Of a DNA stretch of 32,836 bases, positions 9,060 through 21,530 are shown piece by piece. Location of the stretch: positions 1 to 32,836 of the forward strand of contig MU271649.1 in assembly GCA_021432655.1 (NCBI GenBank), in the 5' to 3' direction. The position numbers were made by a program, and so were the translations under genes. The stretch is from Atractiella rhizophila (taxonomy: Eukaryota). The stretch's first letter is position 1, and every line of letters begins with the position of its first letter. The notes under the pieces were generated by a model. The model was not told where the DNA came from. It saw nothing but the letters and a program-made list of their open reading frames with translations, and did not search any database.

Positions 9060-9973
9060 TAGCGATCGCGCGAATGAGGCGAACTGTGTCGTGTTTGTGC
9101 CACAATGAAACATCGAAACCATGTACCTCCAATCAGGCCCACGGCTCGAGATTGCTCCTTTTGTTCGAAGCATGACAGTGTAAATAGCGTGAAGCGCCGA
9201 AGTGAGCAGATGCAATCAGACTGTCGAGCACTCATTAATACGGTGCTCTTGATACCTTATCCAAGCGATACAAAACAGGGTCAGCGTCGAAGCTGTAACT
9301 CCTATATCCTGCTGATAAAACCTTCCTCGGTAGCCCTAGTAACTAGAGGTGCATTGGTGCCAATCGTGAAAATCATTCTGATCCCCCATTTACAGCAGTA
9401 CCGAGGTTCTTTCCTGGCATAATCGTAGAAGTCCGAACTCTGGCACATATAGAGAACCGTACGCACCAGCATCCTTGCACTTTCTCACCAGATGAGCAAG
9501 ATCTGCATGATGGTCACGCTGACCGTCCTCCCCAACAAATATCCAGCCGATGGAGTATGGCGGCTGACCCCGGGCCTCTCCCTTCTTTGCTGCGACGGGT
9601 GGAGGGGATGTCAATCTTGCTGGGTACTCACGTCCTTTCTCCTGTTTGGCCAGAGAATCATCTCAGCTCATCTTCGTGGGCAGGTGTGAAATGTGCTTGT
9701 TGGGCCAACGCAATAGATATTTAATAGATACGAGCATGAGTTAATCCAATATCCGTAATCAAGTTTGTTCTCGCTTCAGCTATCTATATATGACTCAGTA
9801 TATGACTTAATCGCAAGAGTTGAAGCAGCATGATGACAACAACTTCCTTTCCTGGAAAACAAAGGCAGAACATTCAAAGCGCGTAACACGTCGCTACAAC
9901 ACGTTATATTAATGCGTTGCTTGTACACCACGTATATCGAGGCATAATTCTCATAAATCACACAGCATACAAT

Positions 9974-12900
9974 ATGGCTCCACTCTCGCTTTCCCCGTCT
10001 TCCCTTCTCCTCTACGAAACACTCACACTCACCTCCCTCATGCGTCGAAACTCACGCTGGGCCTCTGGATCCGCCGTAGCAAGGTCATTATCCCGTCCTG
10101 AACTTGCGGGTGAGATGGGTCTGAGGAGGGGGAACTCGGGACTGGGAGGGAGCGGATCTAGTGGGAGCGTGAGGAAGGATAAGGGATTGGAGAGGGAAGA
10201 AGAAGCTGTTGCATACGAGGCGCTGGTGCGACTGAGAGAAGAGGTTGAGGGCGAAGAAGGTGTGTTGGCTCACTTCTACGTGTCGTTTTGGCGTTGGCGC
10301 TGCTTGTACGGAATTGTCACTGCTTGCAAACGTTGTACAGTCGCTTACGACGGTATGTCTGAGGGGGGTATGATAGGATACCCGTAGATGCACGAGGCAA
10401 ATGTTTATTTCATTTGGTCTATCTTGATGACTTATTAAAGAGATTTTACGGGTTCTCGTTCTAGCCTGAACCGTCTATCTTAATCTCAAAGTCTTAGACA
10501 GTAATCTACAGTCACTGCACTGTGTCATCCAATGTACGCGATTTTGGCAAGTCAATTGAAATTGTTTCCAAAATGTTGATATGAACGACGGCTTTACATC
10601 TTTGCACTTTTATTGGCAGCCAGAACAACATGGGTACCAATCCGTTTCGACCGTGGGGCTTCTTTATTTACAATATTCTTGCTTGCATCTAGGCGGAAAG
10701 TATTTGGCTAAATGCCAGCGACATAGAGCAACGAGCTTTGATACCATGTACTTCGGTTGAATTCAAGGCAGGCGCTGATCAGTGTTTGCCACAGACCTTT
10801 CCTCATTTACAGCAGTGACAATTCTCGGTCCATTCCTCACGCTGTTGACATCCCCTCGCACACCTGGTCCCTTAACTTCGGTAGTTCTCTCGTCCCTCAC
10901 TAAATTTCTCACCTATCGTCTCTTTGCACCAACTCCTCTCGCTGTTTCTCAACTCGTGGCCGCGGTAACACATTGTAAATTTGAAAGCTCAGATTCCACA
11001 AGCGATGAGGTGGTTCTAGCGAAGATTTTGGAGGTGATGAAGGAGATTGTTTGTGGTCCGACTGGGGATTATATGCGCGATGAGGAAGTGTGCGCGATTG
11101 TGGAAACAGGACTTAGCATGTGCTGTCAGATGCGACTGAGCGGTATGTCTTATTTTTTTATTGTAAAGACTAATCGTCTGCTATTAGAGATGCTGAGGCG
11201 AATGGCGGAGCGAACTATGCAAGCTATTATCGGCAAGATATTCGAGAAACTCAGCAGCATGGAACCGAATGAAGATGCCTTTGTAACCTTAGATGGAATT
11301 GGCACCCCTAATCCTGAGGCAGGAGGGTTGCGAATGGCGGCTCCCGATCCCAGAGGAGAAGATATCCTGGCCCAGGATCGTGTTATTGCATCTGTGAATG
11401 GAGTTGCAGACGATAAATCGACAAAGGAGCAGGCTCCCGAGGAGGAGTCTACGGCTCCTGTTGACGAGGAGGAGGGTGGGTCCGTCGTCCTGTTTTCTGA
11501 CAGCGAATACTGACAAAAATGCAGAACTCCATATTTCTTTCCGACAATATGCATTGCCTTCGATATCTGAGATTCTTCGGGTCATCATCAGTCTATTGAA
11601 CCCGTTCGATCAACAGCATACTGATTCGATGCGACTGATCGCTATGGGCATTCTAAATGTCGCCCTGGAAGTTGGTGGGGAGCAAATCGGTCGATTTCCT
11701 GAGCTGCGTATCATGGTGGAGGATGGTCTTTGCAAACATCTTTTCCAAGTGATCAATTTTCTTTTCTTTGTTTCGTCTCTCATGGAACTATCAATAGATC
11801 GCCCGCTCAGATAATCCTACTATGCTCTCCGCATCCCTGCGGACAATCTCAACAGTATTCGACACCCTCCGTCCTTACCTCAAACTTCAGCAAGAGCTTT
11901 TCGTCTCCTTCCTCCTCGATCGACTCATTCGCCCTTTGCCTTTTGCTTCAGCGGTGGCTGCGAAACCGACTCTAAGGAAGAGCGAAGTGGAGCGAGAGCT
12001 AGACTACGCTACGTGGGACAGCGAGAACGCACCGTCCGCACTGACTAACGGTGGTTCGATGACTCCCCAAAGCACTGGCGCAAGTGCCAACGCGCCGATC
12101 AAGTTGAACGAAAGGGTCAGCAAGGATATCGCTCACGGAGAAGCACGAGACCTTATGTTTGAGGTAGTCAGCATTTTTGCGAGAGGTAAAACCTTCATGC
12201 CCGACCTTTTCATCAATTACGATTGCAACGTGGAGTGCGAGGACTTATTCGATCGCCTTGTACGCTTTTTATGTAGAGTAAGTGGTCATTTCTTTTAGAG
12301 GTATGTCTACTGACCCCCGAGATAGGGCGTTTTCCCCTCTCATTCTGGCGGGCATTATATGCAAGACAACTCGCAGCTCCTGGCTCTCGATACAGTCCTC
12401 ACCTTTGTCTCACACATGGGAAACCGGCTGGATCTACCAACGAATACACCTACCGGGGAAGAAGCAGTGCGCACTTCACCTTTATCAGTGGGTCTCCTGA
12501 CGTTGTTGCAGAATTTGCCATCACCAGTCGACCTCCTTGCCTCCAAGGGGGATAAAGCTATTCTTCGGGAAGGAGCACTTCGGTTCAAGGAGAAACCTAA
12601 GGAAGGACTACGTTTCCTTGAAGAGAACGGAGTGATCTATTTCGATCCAGAAAGACCACGAAATGAAAGTCTAGCTATGTTCCTCAAGACGACGCCGGGA
12701 TTGGACAAGAAGGCCTTAGGGGAGTACCTTGCAAGACCGGATCAAAACGAGCTCCTCGTTGCTTTCTTGCGCCAGTTCGATTTCCGTGACGTGAGTCTGT
12801 CTCACATTCAGATTGCCGCTTTATTCACGGGGTGCGGTCTAGAAATTTGTCCACGATGCCTTGCGAGATCTGCTGGAGACTTTTCGGTTACCAGGGGAAT

Positions 12901-15900
12901 CCCAGCAAATCGACCGAATCACAGAGGCATTCGCCGACATCTACTTCGCAGCTGACCCCCGTAAGCATACAATCAAATTTCCTCAGTGCCGGGCTAATGA
13001 GCATTCCATTAGCTGAGGTTAAAAGCACTACAGCCGTCTACGTTTTAGCATTCTCAGTGATTATGCTCAACACCGATCTACACAATCCCCAGAACATAAA
13101 AGTAGGACTCGATCTGCACGTCGATTAGCTGACCAATCAATGTTCCACAGAATCGCATGTCCTTTGAGGACTACAAAAGAAATCTGAGAGGAGTAAACGA
13201 GGGCTCAGATTTCTCACCAGATTACCTTGTACGTCCTCTAGCTGGCTACCAACATTGGTTCTCGCCTAATTTAAAGGCAGAAAACTGTGTATGATGAGAT
13301 CAAGAAACGTGAAATAGTCATGCCTGAGGAGCATCATGGTCAACTAGGTTTTGAATATGCCTGGAAAGAATTACTACGCAGAGCGCGAACGTCAGGTATG
13401 CATTAGACCCTATCTGGTTTGAGTGCTGAACCGAAGTTAAAGGTTTCTATCTGTCGTCAAACTCTGGGGTCTACGACAAGCTACTTTTTGTCGTATCCTG
13501 GCGACCTTTGATTTCTTCGATAGGATATGCTTTTACGCACTTTCAGGACGAATCAATGATCCAACGCGTCATTACAGGCTTCCGTCAGTGTGCAAACCTT
13601 GCAAATCGTTTTGAGATGCCAGAAGCCTTCGACTACATTATTACTACTTTATCGAAAATTTCTGGTCTTACTCAAGGAGCTTCTATTCCCGATGTCTTCC
13701 CATCCGCAACAGTCGAAGGTCAAAAGGTCACCGTCAGCCCGCTCTCCATTCGGTTCGGAACAAATTTCAAGGCACAACTTGCGGCTGTTGTACTCTTTAC
13801 CATTACGAATAACACGGGTGTCTGTATTCGTGAAGGATGGGTCGATGTGAGCAATAGTTTGTTATGCTGAAGTTTATTGATGAAAGATACAGCTCTTCGA
13901 GATCTACCAAACTCTTTTTGTCCATTCTCTCCTGCCCTCTTCTATGCTGGCTATGGAAGAGTTTCTCTCTGGTGATACGGCCATCCCCCTTCGTCCCAAA
14001 TCTCAAGCTCAATACGCAAGTGATCGTCGAGCCGACGGCGGTCTTCTTTCGACTCTGTCATCCTATCTCCTTTCCCCTTACGGAACTGCAGATGGGCTGG
14101 GACGTGATATCAATGAAGAGGACATCGAGAACACCCTCTGTACTGTAGATTGCATCGCTTCGTGCAAGGTAGACGAGGTATACAGTCAGATGTTGTATGT
14201 CTTTGATCTCTCCGGTTTCCCAAACACTCATTCGCGCAAGTGTCATGGCGTCTGAAGCGAAGCTTAATGCTTTGTCGGCTCTACTCTCCCTCCTACAGAA
14301 GAACACGTTTGAGAAGATCAAAATCCGTACCTCTCCATCGACTCCTGGGAGGGAGACTCCCACCCCTTCAGGAAACCACAGAAGTCAGCTACCTTACGAG
14401 GCATCGACCGCTCTACTCCTGGAGATCTTGTTTAGTCTATCAGTACGGTCTGAAGAAGTATTACCTACCACCTGGTAAGGCTTGTTTATCTCGATAAAGC
14501 TCATCTCATCTCCTCAATGGTGAAAGGTCTCAGATCTTCGATTTGCTTACTCGTCTCCTCATGTCGTCTCAAGCGCTCAGCATACTCCTCACTGAGCGTG
14601 CGGTTGTCGGCTTCCTTAAGCTCTTAACTGTTATAGCCAAAATTGTAAGATTCTCTCCACTTTTCATTATTCATGTAGTAATAGCGAGTGTCATGTCTAG
14701 CCGAACCTGAAGGATCAGGTCCTGCTGAGTTTCGATCTCCTCCGTCAGCTGCCCCCTCCCGTCATCAATGCACTGGCGGAACAGATTGCAGTCGGGGTCG
14801 ATCGGCTGGTGCGGGACAATCCAGGTCTTATTGAGTACGTTGATTTATCATGCAAGTGAAATGTTGACTTAGATGATATCATGAAGGACGGGAACTGATT
14901 GGAACCTCGTCTTTGCGCTGCTTACAACAACCATAAACGTTGAAGAGGGTGCAAAGGTGGCGATGGATTTAACCCGGACATTAATCGCCCAAGAAGATGG
15001 GAAAGATAGACTGACAGAAGAAAACTTCATCGCTGTCGTTGAGATGTTGGAATCGTTCGCGAATGTGTCTGGAGGAGGAATGTCGATGATGAACACTGGG
15101 CAAATGTGCTTATTTCTCTCCAACTTGGCGACGTATACAGATTGATTGGTGGGATGATAGGAGTACGGAAAGTTCCCACGCCAGAGGCATGCAGGCTGTC
15201 GAACTGCTGAGGGAAGTTCAAGAACGCATACCAGGTTTGATGAAGAAGTCATCACTTCCAGAGGCAGAAGGTTAGTATTTGTTGCTTGATACGAATGTCC
15301 TTCTCATGATATGAAAAAGCTTGGGAAGTATTCTGGCTACCGCTCTTGATGTCAACCGCATCTGAGTGTGTCAACTCCAATCGACCTATTCGCCAGTACG
15401 CCGTCGGCTCCTTACAGCGATCTTTGCTCGCTCCGCAGATACTGGAGAACCCCACAGTTGATCTTTCCATAATCTTCGACCGCGTACTATTCCCTACGCT
15501 AGATGAACTGTTGAAGCCACAAGTCTTTAGGAGGGATGCAAGCGAAGGAGGCATGGAAGAAACCCGCCTACGATTTTGCGGCCTTTTAAGTCGAATATTT
15601 TTGCATTATCTGGTGGAAGTCGAAGGACGGCTCGGTATGGGACGATTAACGGAGCTTTGGATGAAGGTATTGGGCTACATGGACCGTTTCATGCACTCGG
15701 GCCGGAGAGATCAAATGGTACGTGTTTCTTTCATGGTGCGTTTTGGATTGATGTGGGCTCATGTTGACTCCCATCAGTTCGAGGCTGTTCCTGAGTCTCT
15801 CAAGAACGTTTTGCTCGTGATGCATGCGTCAGGTTTTCTCGTCCCTCCATTCGAGAAGGAAAGGTCAGAAGTGCAAGCCCTACTTTGGGACTCAACTTTC

Positions 15901-16023
15901 GAGAGAATCGATACATTCCTGCCAAACCTGAAAACGGAGCTATTTCCTGTGCCCCCTCCTCCCCCAACAACAACGGAGGTGGTAGAGGAGAAAGCGAAAC
16001 AAGCGGATTTGAAGGAAGGATAG
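9974..16023 (+). CDS. GBF1: Large Sec7-domain ARF guanine-nucleotide exchange factor, GBF1/Gea1-Gea2 type, multi-exon
   Basis: N-terminal LTSLMRRNSRWAS; DCB region AVTHCKFESSDSTSDEVVLAKIL, ETGLSMCCQMRLSEMLRRMAE; HUS box DLFINYDCN; Sec7 catalytic motif FRLPGESQQIDRITEAF and YVLAFSVIMLNTDLHNPQ; EIVMPEEH; C-terminal EAVPESLKNVLLVM. Confidence 0.96.
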
Positions 16024-16507
16024 AATCATGTACATATCTGCTTAATTTGGGGTAAAACTGCTTGAAACTGGATGCACACGGCATTGTTACGAGACTTAGG
16101 AGGAAGATCTTTTTGAAACCTCTCACTATTTCAGGCAGCAACACTCATTGTAGCGCAGTCGCAAGCCAGATTGCAAACATTTATACTTACAACCCCAGGA
16201 GAATGAGAATGGCATCTTGGAAAGTAACCCTTAGCCACATGGCTGGCGTTATGTTACGACACACATCCGCCCGGACCTTACGCGTCTCTGCGATCGCGCT
16301 TCGCTTCCATCTCAACGTCCAATTTCTTGACCCTTCCTTTTAGCCCAGCTAGGTCACCTATCTGGCTTATACGAGTAACTTCTGCCCATCATGGTATGTC
16401 AGCATCTCTCAGGAATAATCAACCGCTGACATTGCGCATAGTCGATAATGTGCGTCGCAACTTCGTTCAACTCCTTGTTGTACGGCTGACTTTTGGTTGC
16501 GTTGCTA
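15984..16507 (+). repeat. Tandem duplication B, copy 1 (524 bp): last GBF1 codons, its 3' region, and an extra copy of the PUP3 promoter/ATG/micro-exon
   Basis: AGAGGAGAAAGCGAAACAAGCGG at 15984 recurs at 16508. The copies are colinear to ...GCGTTGCT at 16506 and 17035. Paralogous ORFs 16062-16343 and 16586-16870 appear in the track. Confidence 0.97.
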
Positions 16508-17035
16508 AGAGGAGAAAGCGAAACAAGCGGATTTGAAGGAAGGATAGAATCATGTACATATCTGCTTAATTTGGGGTAAAACTGCTTGAAACTGGATGCA
16601 CATGGCATTGTTACGAGACTTAGGAGGAAGATCTTTTTGAAACATCTCACTATTTCAGGCAACACTCATTGTAGCGCAGTCGCAAGCCAGATTGCAAACA
16701 TTTATACTTACAAGCAGAGGAGAACGAGAATGGCATCTTCACAGCCCCTTAGCCACTACGGCTGGCATTCAGCATTCATGTTACGACACACATCCGCCCG
16801 GACCTTACGCGTCTTTGCGATCGCGCTTCGCTTCCATCTCAACGTCCAATTTCTTGACCCTTCCTTTTAGCCCAGCTACGTCACCAATCTAGGGCTTATA
16901 CGAGCAACTTCTATCCATCATGGTATGTCAGTATCTCTCAGCAATAATCAGCCGCTGACTTTGCGAACAGTCGATAATGTGCGTCGCACCTTCGCTCAGC
17001 TCCTCGTTGTTCGGCTGACTTTGGATTGCGTTGCT
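16508..17035 (+). repeat. Tandem duplication B, copy 2; runs into the PUP3 gene
   Basis: Direct head-to-tail repeat of 15984-16507 with substitutions and small indels. Confidence 0.97.
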
Positions 17036-17771
17036 TGGGAGTGAAGGGAACTGAACGGCGGGTCCTGTGTGGCCATGGTCGGGAAAAACTGTGTTGCGAT
17101 AGCTTGTGATTTGCGGCTAGGGAATCAAGCATTGACAGTCGCAACCAACTTCTCCAAGGTTCGCCTTTCTCCTGCTTTGTTTGGTCAAGGGAAACAGTTT
17201 GTGTTGTGGGAACAAGGTGTTTCCGGTAACGCCATCGACTCTCGTTGGACTGCCCGGTTTGGCGACCGATACTATGACGGTATGGGAGAAACTGAGGTTC
17301 AGGACCAACATGTACGAGATGAAGGAGAACAGAAAGATCTCGCCTCAAACTTTGGCGCATCTCGTCTCCTCGACATTATACGAGAAACGGTCCGCCCTCC
17401 CGCCATGTCTCTCATTCCCCCTGTGCTGACGACGTTACAGATTTGGGCCTTACTTTGTAGAACCTGTAATTGCCGGCCTTGATAACTCTGGTGTCCCTTT
17501 CATCGCTTCCACCGATCTAATCGGTTGCATCAACTTTGCCAAAGATTTCGTGGTTTCTGGTACCGCGAGCGAGAAGCTATTTGGGATGGCAGAGTCGCTG
17601 TGGGAGCCAGACCTTGCGCCAGAGGAACTTTTCGAGACGATTTCGCAAACTCTACTCAACGCGGTGGATAGGGATGCATTCTCTGGATGGGGAGCGATTG
17701 TGTGGGTTGTGGAGATGGACGGGAGTGAGGGTAAAGTGACGAAGAGGTGGTTGAGGGGAAGAATGGATTGA
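16920..17771 (+). CDS. PUP3: 20S proteasome subunit beta type-3
   Basis: ATG (16920-16922) | intron 16923-16970 | 8-nt exon TCGATAAT (16971-16978) | intron 16979-17046 gives [29 protein letters not shown]. Then [76 protein letters not shown], and C-terminal RMD. Confidence 0.96.
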
Positions 17772-18070
17772 AGAATCATTTACAGCTGTTAGTGCATTGC
17801 AAGCTTGTCCTCTGTCAACCAGTCAACGCAACCAGAAACCTTTGTCGCTTCACGACTATTGACCTCCCATGCGGCAAGGTAAAGACGTAAGGTAGTTGTG
17901 AATGTAGATGCTCCACAATTGTGAAATGCTGTCGCATCTTCACCGTTCGTCCAGCTGCGTCAAGTTCGTTTCAACGTGTACTTTCTCCATTGCTTCTCCT
18001 TTCCTTCACTTCTCCAGTTCAAAGCGACAGTCCGGAAGCTCCATAGAAGCCAAATTGAGGCTGTCTATTC

Positions 18071-21065
18071 ATGTCCGGAGATTTCTACAGCAATCTCAAT
18101 CAAAACGAAGCGCTTTTGCCTCTTCACAATCCACAAATGTCATCCTCCGTCTCAGCTCCTACCGCAAGGCGGCGCGGTCAGAATCTCCCACAAAATGAGC
18201 AAGCGGCTCCGCTACCAGAAGAGTACGAGCTTGATGACCGACACCAACCGAAACAGCACCACCAATTTCCTACCTACGACCAAACACGATTGCCCAGAGT
18301 GGGAAACAAGTGGAACAAGCTGATTGCTGAAGGACCGAGTGGGAAGGGGGGCAAACAACCTACATTTGTATGTCTTCCCATTGTTTATGTCCTATGATAC
18401 AGGTGGAGAGGTCTCAAGCTATTTCCTTTACAAGGAAGAGATACTACGCGAACTTCGAAAACACCTCCCAGTCTTCATTTATACCGCTCTTTCCCTCTTT
18501 ACACATCTATGGCGTATAGGAGACAACAACACCGTAGTTTGGGACGAGGTAACTTTTCTGCTCTTGGAAGAGGCAAGTCCTGAGCGATAGGCGCGCAGGC
18601 ACATTTTGGGAAATTCGGTGCATATTACCTTAACCGCACATTCTATTTTGATGTACACCCTCCGCTGGGGAAAATGCTCGTTGGACTCGCAGGAGCCTTG
18701 TCTGGTTTCAATGGCGCATACGACTACCCTTCAGGCCAGACTTATCCTTCCCATGTCCCCTTCAAGATGATGAGGATATTGATGGCACTGCCTGGTGTCA
18801 TGATGGTCCCCCTTGCGTGGGGCACTACTGGAGCTCTTGGATTCACCCGTTGGGCTAGACACCTCGTCACGACCATGGTTCTGTGTGGTATGTAGTTACT
18901 GTTAGGAATCCTGACAACCCTTTGAAACGCTCTATCAGATATTGCTTGGACCGTCATCTCTCGCTTCGTGCTGCTGGACTCAATGCTTCTATTCTTCACA
19001 AGCACTACAACGTTCTGCCTGACCATGTTTCACACTTGTCAAAACATGTGAGTGATTGAACATGTCCTCCATGTTTAAGCTAACAATGTGCTCTAGCCCG
19101 TTTGACGAGGAGTGGTGGCTTTGGTTAATTTTGACTGGCGTCTCCATAGGCTGCGTGATAAGGTCTGTTTTATGTGTTGCCGCCTCAATCTCCAACCAAT
19201 GATGATTTAGTGTCAAGTGGGTGGGATTCTTTGTCACTGCTGTAGTAGGAGTTTACACCGTACTGGATTTGTGGGATAAATTTGGGGACCTCCGAATGCC
19301 AGTGGTAAGTGTTCTTGCCCAGAGCCTACGCATGTATTAAATGATAACGTCCAGCGTGTATACATTCGTCACTGGGCAGCACGAATAGCATGCCTCATTC
19401 TCCTGCCTCTCTCGATCTACATGATTTGCTTCAAAGTAGGTCACACCATCTCTCTCCAGGTCGTCTAAGCATAGATATAGATTCATTTCATGATATTGGA
19501 TCGTTCTGGCCCCGGAGATGCTCAGATGAGTTCCTTATTCCAAGCGCATCTAAGAGGAAATACATTCGCGAAAAATCCCCTGGGTATGTGTAACAACGTC
19601 GATCCCAATTCCGCACTAATCTACTGATTCAGAACCTGCTTTTGGATCAAAAATTACCCTCAAAAACATGGGGTATGGAGGCGGTCTACTGCACTCGCAT
19701 GTGCAAACGTATCCTTCAGGATCTCAGCAGCAACAGGTTACGTGCTATCACTACAACGATGCGAACAACGAATGGATTATCACTCCACGCTGGGAGGATC
19801 CTGCCATTAATCCTCATGGAGAACTGCGGTACCTCAAAGATCTAGACTTTGTTCGCCTGGTCCACAAACAAACTGGGCGAAATCTGCACTCTCACTCGGT
19901 TGTAGCGCCTGTTACGAAGCTCAACAACGAGGTGTCATGCTATGGCAACGCGACTATTGGCGATTCGAACGATTATTGGAAAGTCCACGTCGTGGATGAT
20001 ATGTTGAGAGGGAAGAAGAAGTATGTGGATCGTATCCACAGTCTCACCACTAGGCTCAGGTTCCAACACGTCAATTCGGGCTGTTGGCTGCGCGCTGCAA
20101 ACGCTGTACTTCCTCAATGGGGGTTCAAGCAAGTCGAGGTTTCCTGTGACAAGAACAATAATCCGAAGGATGAGCACACCTATTGGAACATAGAGAGTCA
20201 TTCCAACGATCGACGTGCGCCGTTTCCTTGCTGTTCCGATTGTTCCTGACCGCTGGTTCACTGTAGTACCCGCTGGTGATATCAAGCTCTATCGTTCCCC
20301 GTTTCTGCGAGATTTCTGGCACCTCAACATTGCCATGTGGACGTCAAATAACGCTTTGATCCCTGACGCGGACAAGGAGGATAATCTTGCTTCGAGTGCT
20401 TGGGATTGGCCCTTCCTCTATAAAGGCATGCGAATGAATGGGTGGTCGTCCAACAGCATCAAATTCTATTTGGTGGGAAACCCCATCGTGTGGTGGAGCG
20501 GCACCTTGAGCTTGATCCTTTTTGGATTGAGCACATTCTGGTACCTGGCCCGGTTTCAAAGAAAATACAATGATTTTGCTCCTGGTGAGAACTTTTCCAA
20601 TACGCACGAACCTCAGAATCATAGATTTGTTCAGGCGAGTGGGATCGATTTGTTTACATAGGCACCCTGGGACTGGGTGGCTGGTTCTTGCACTTCCGTA
20701 GGTGGTCCCTTCTCTCATTGACGAGCTCTCAATAACTTCACAGTTCCTTCCCTAATAATGGCTCGTGTTTTATACCTTCATCATTGTAAGTTGGTCTTCC
20801 ATTGAAAAGAAACCAGCTAACATCGCCGGAAGCCTTCCCCGGAATGATCTTTGCCGTCTACAATGTCGGTTTCATGCTGGATCACTTCGTATTCGGCTCA
20901 CGACGCCTAACGGACCGAGTTCGAGTGATAGTTTTTCTGTTATTCGGAATCGCAGTGGTGGGGACGTTCTTCCACTTCCGAAATTGTGTCTTTGGACTGA
21001 AGGGACCCATTGAAAATCACCGGTTTTTGCGATGGAGGCAAAGTTGGAATATCTACGACAAATAA
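18071..21065 (+). CDS. PMT2: Dolichyl-phosphate-mannose:protein O-mannosyltransferase, PMT2 subfamily, multi-exon
   Basis: [32 protein letters not shown] (WDEAH is the PMT2-type motif), ISRFVLLDSMLLFF, SVKWVGF, SGPGDAQMSSLFQAHL, MIR domain LLHSHVQTYPSGSQQQQVTCY and QWGFKQVEVSC, MWTSNNAL, LVGNPIVWW. Confidence 0.95.
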
Positions 21066-21530
21066 ATAATATTCGGAATTTGTTCAGTGCACATTTGCTC
21101 ATTGTGATATAACTACGTTGCAACGGACTTTTGATATTCAAGCATTGTGGTACAGGCAAAGAAACTTGCCTTAAAGCGACCCAAATTAGCTTCCTTCATT
21201 CGGTGTAAGAAAGTTGGAAGAGGGCAGAACAGTACGACACGGGGACAGGGAGTGGTGGCGGTTATCAGCAACGCATACTGCGATGTGTGATGATCGTGAC
21301 AATAAATATCATTAAAATTCCTACTTACTGCGCAACGAAAGAGATATGCCATGCACGTCTTGTAAGGACTGCCAGCCAAAGGAATATCCGAAAAGACAAA
21401 ATGAGGAAATGCGAAATAGTTCTTGGGAGGGACAGACACAAAAAGCAACCAGGACATGAAAGAGGACAAGACCATGTATCAGTAGATCAGAAAATGATGT
21501 CCGTTCGTTTTAGGATGGAAGGTAACAACA

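Noticed and set aside
9786..9810. TGACTCA (Gcn4/AP-1-type site) in a TATATGACT direct repeat upstream of GBF1
   Set aside because: A single 7-mer with no supporting context; expected by chance in 33 kb.
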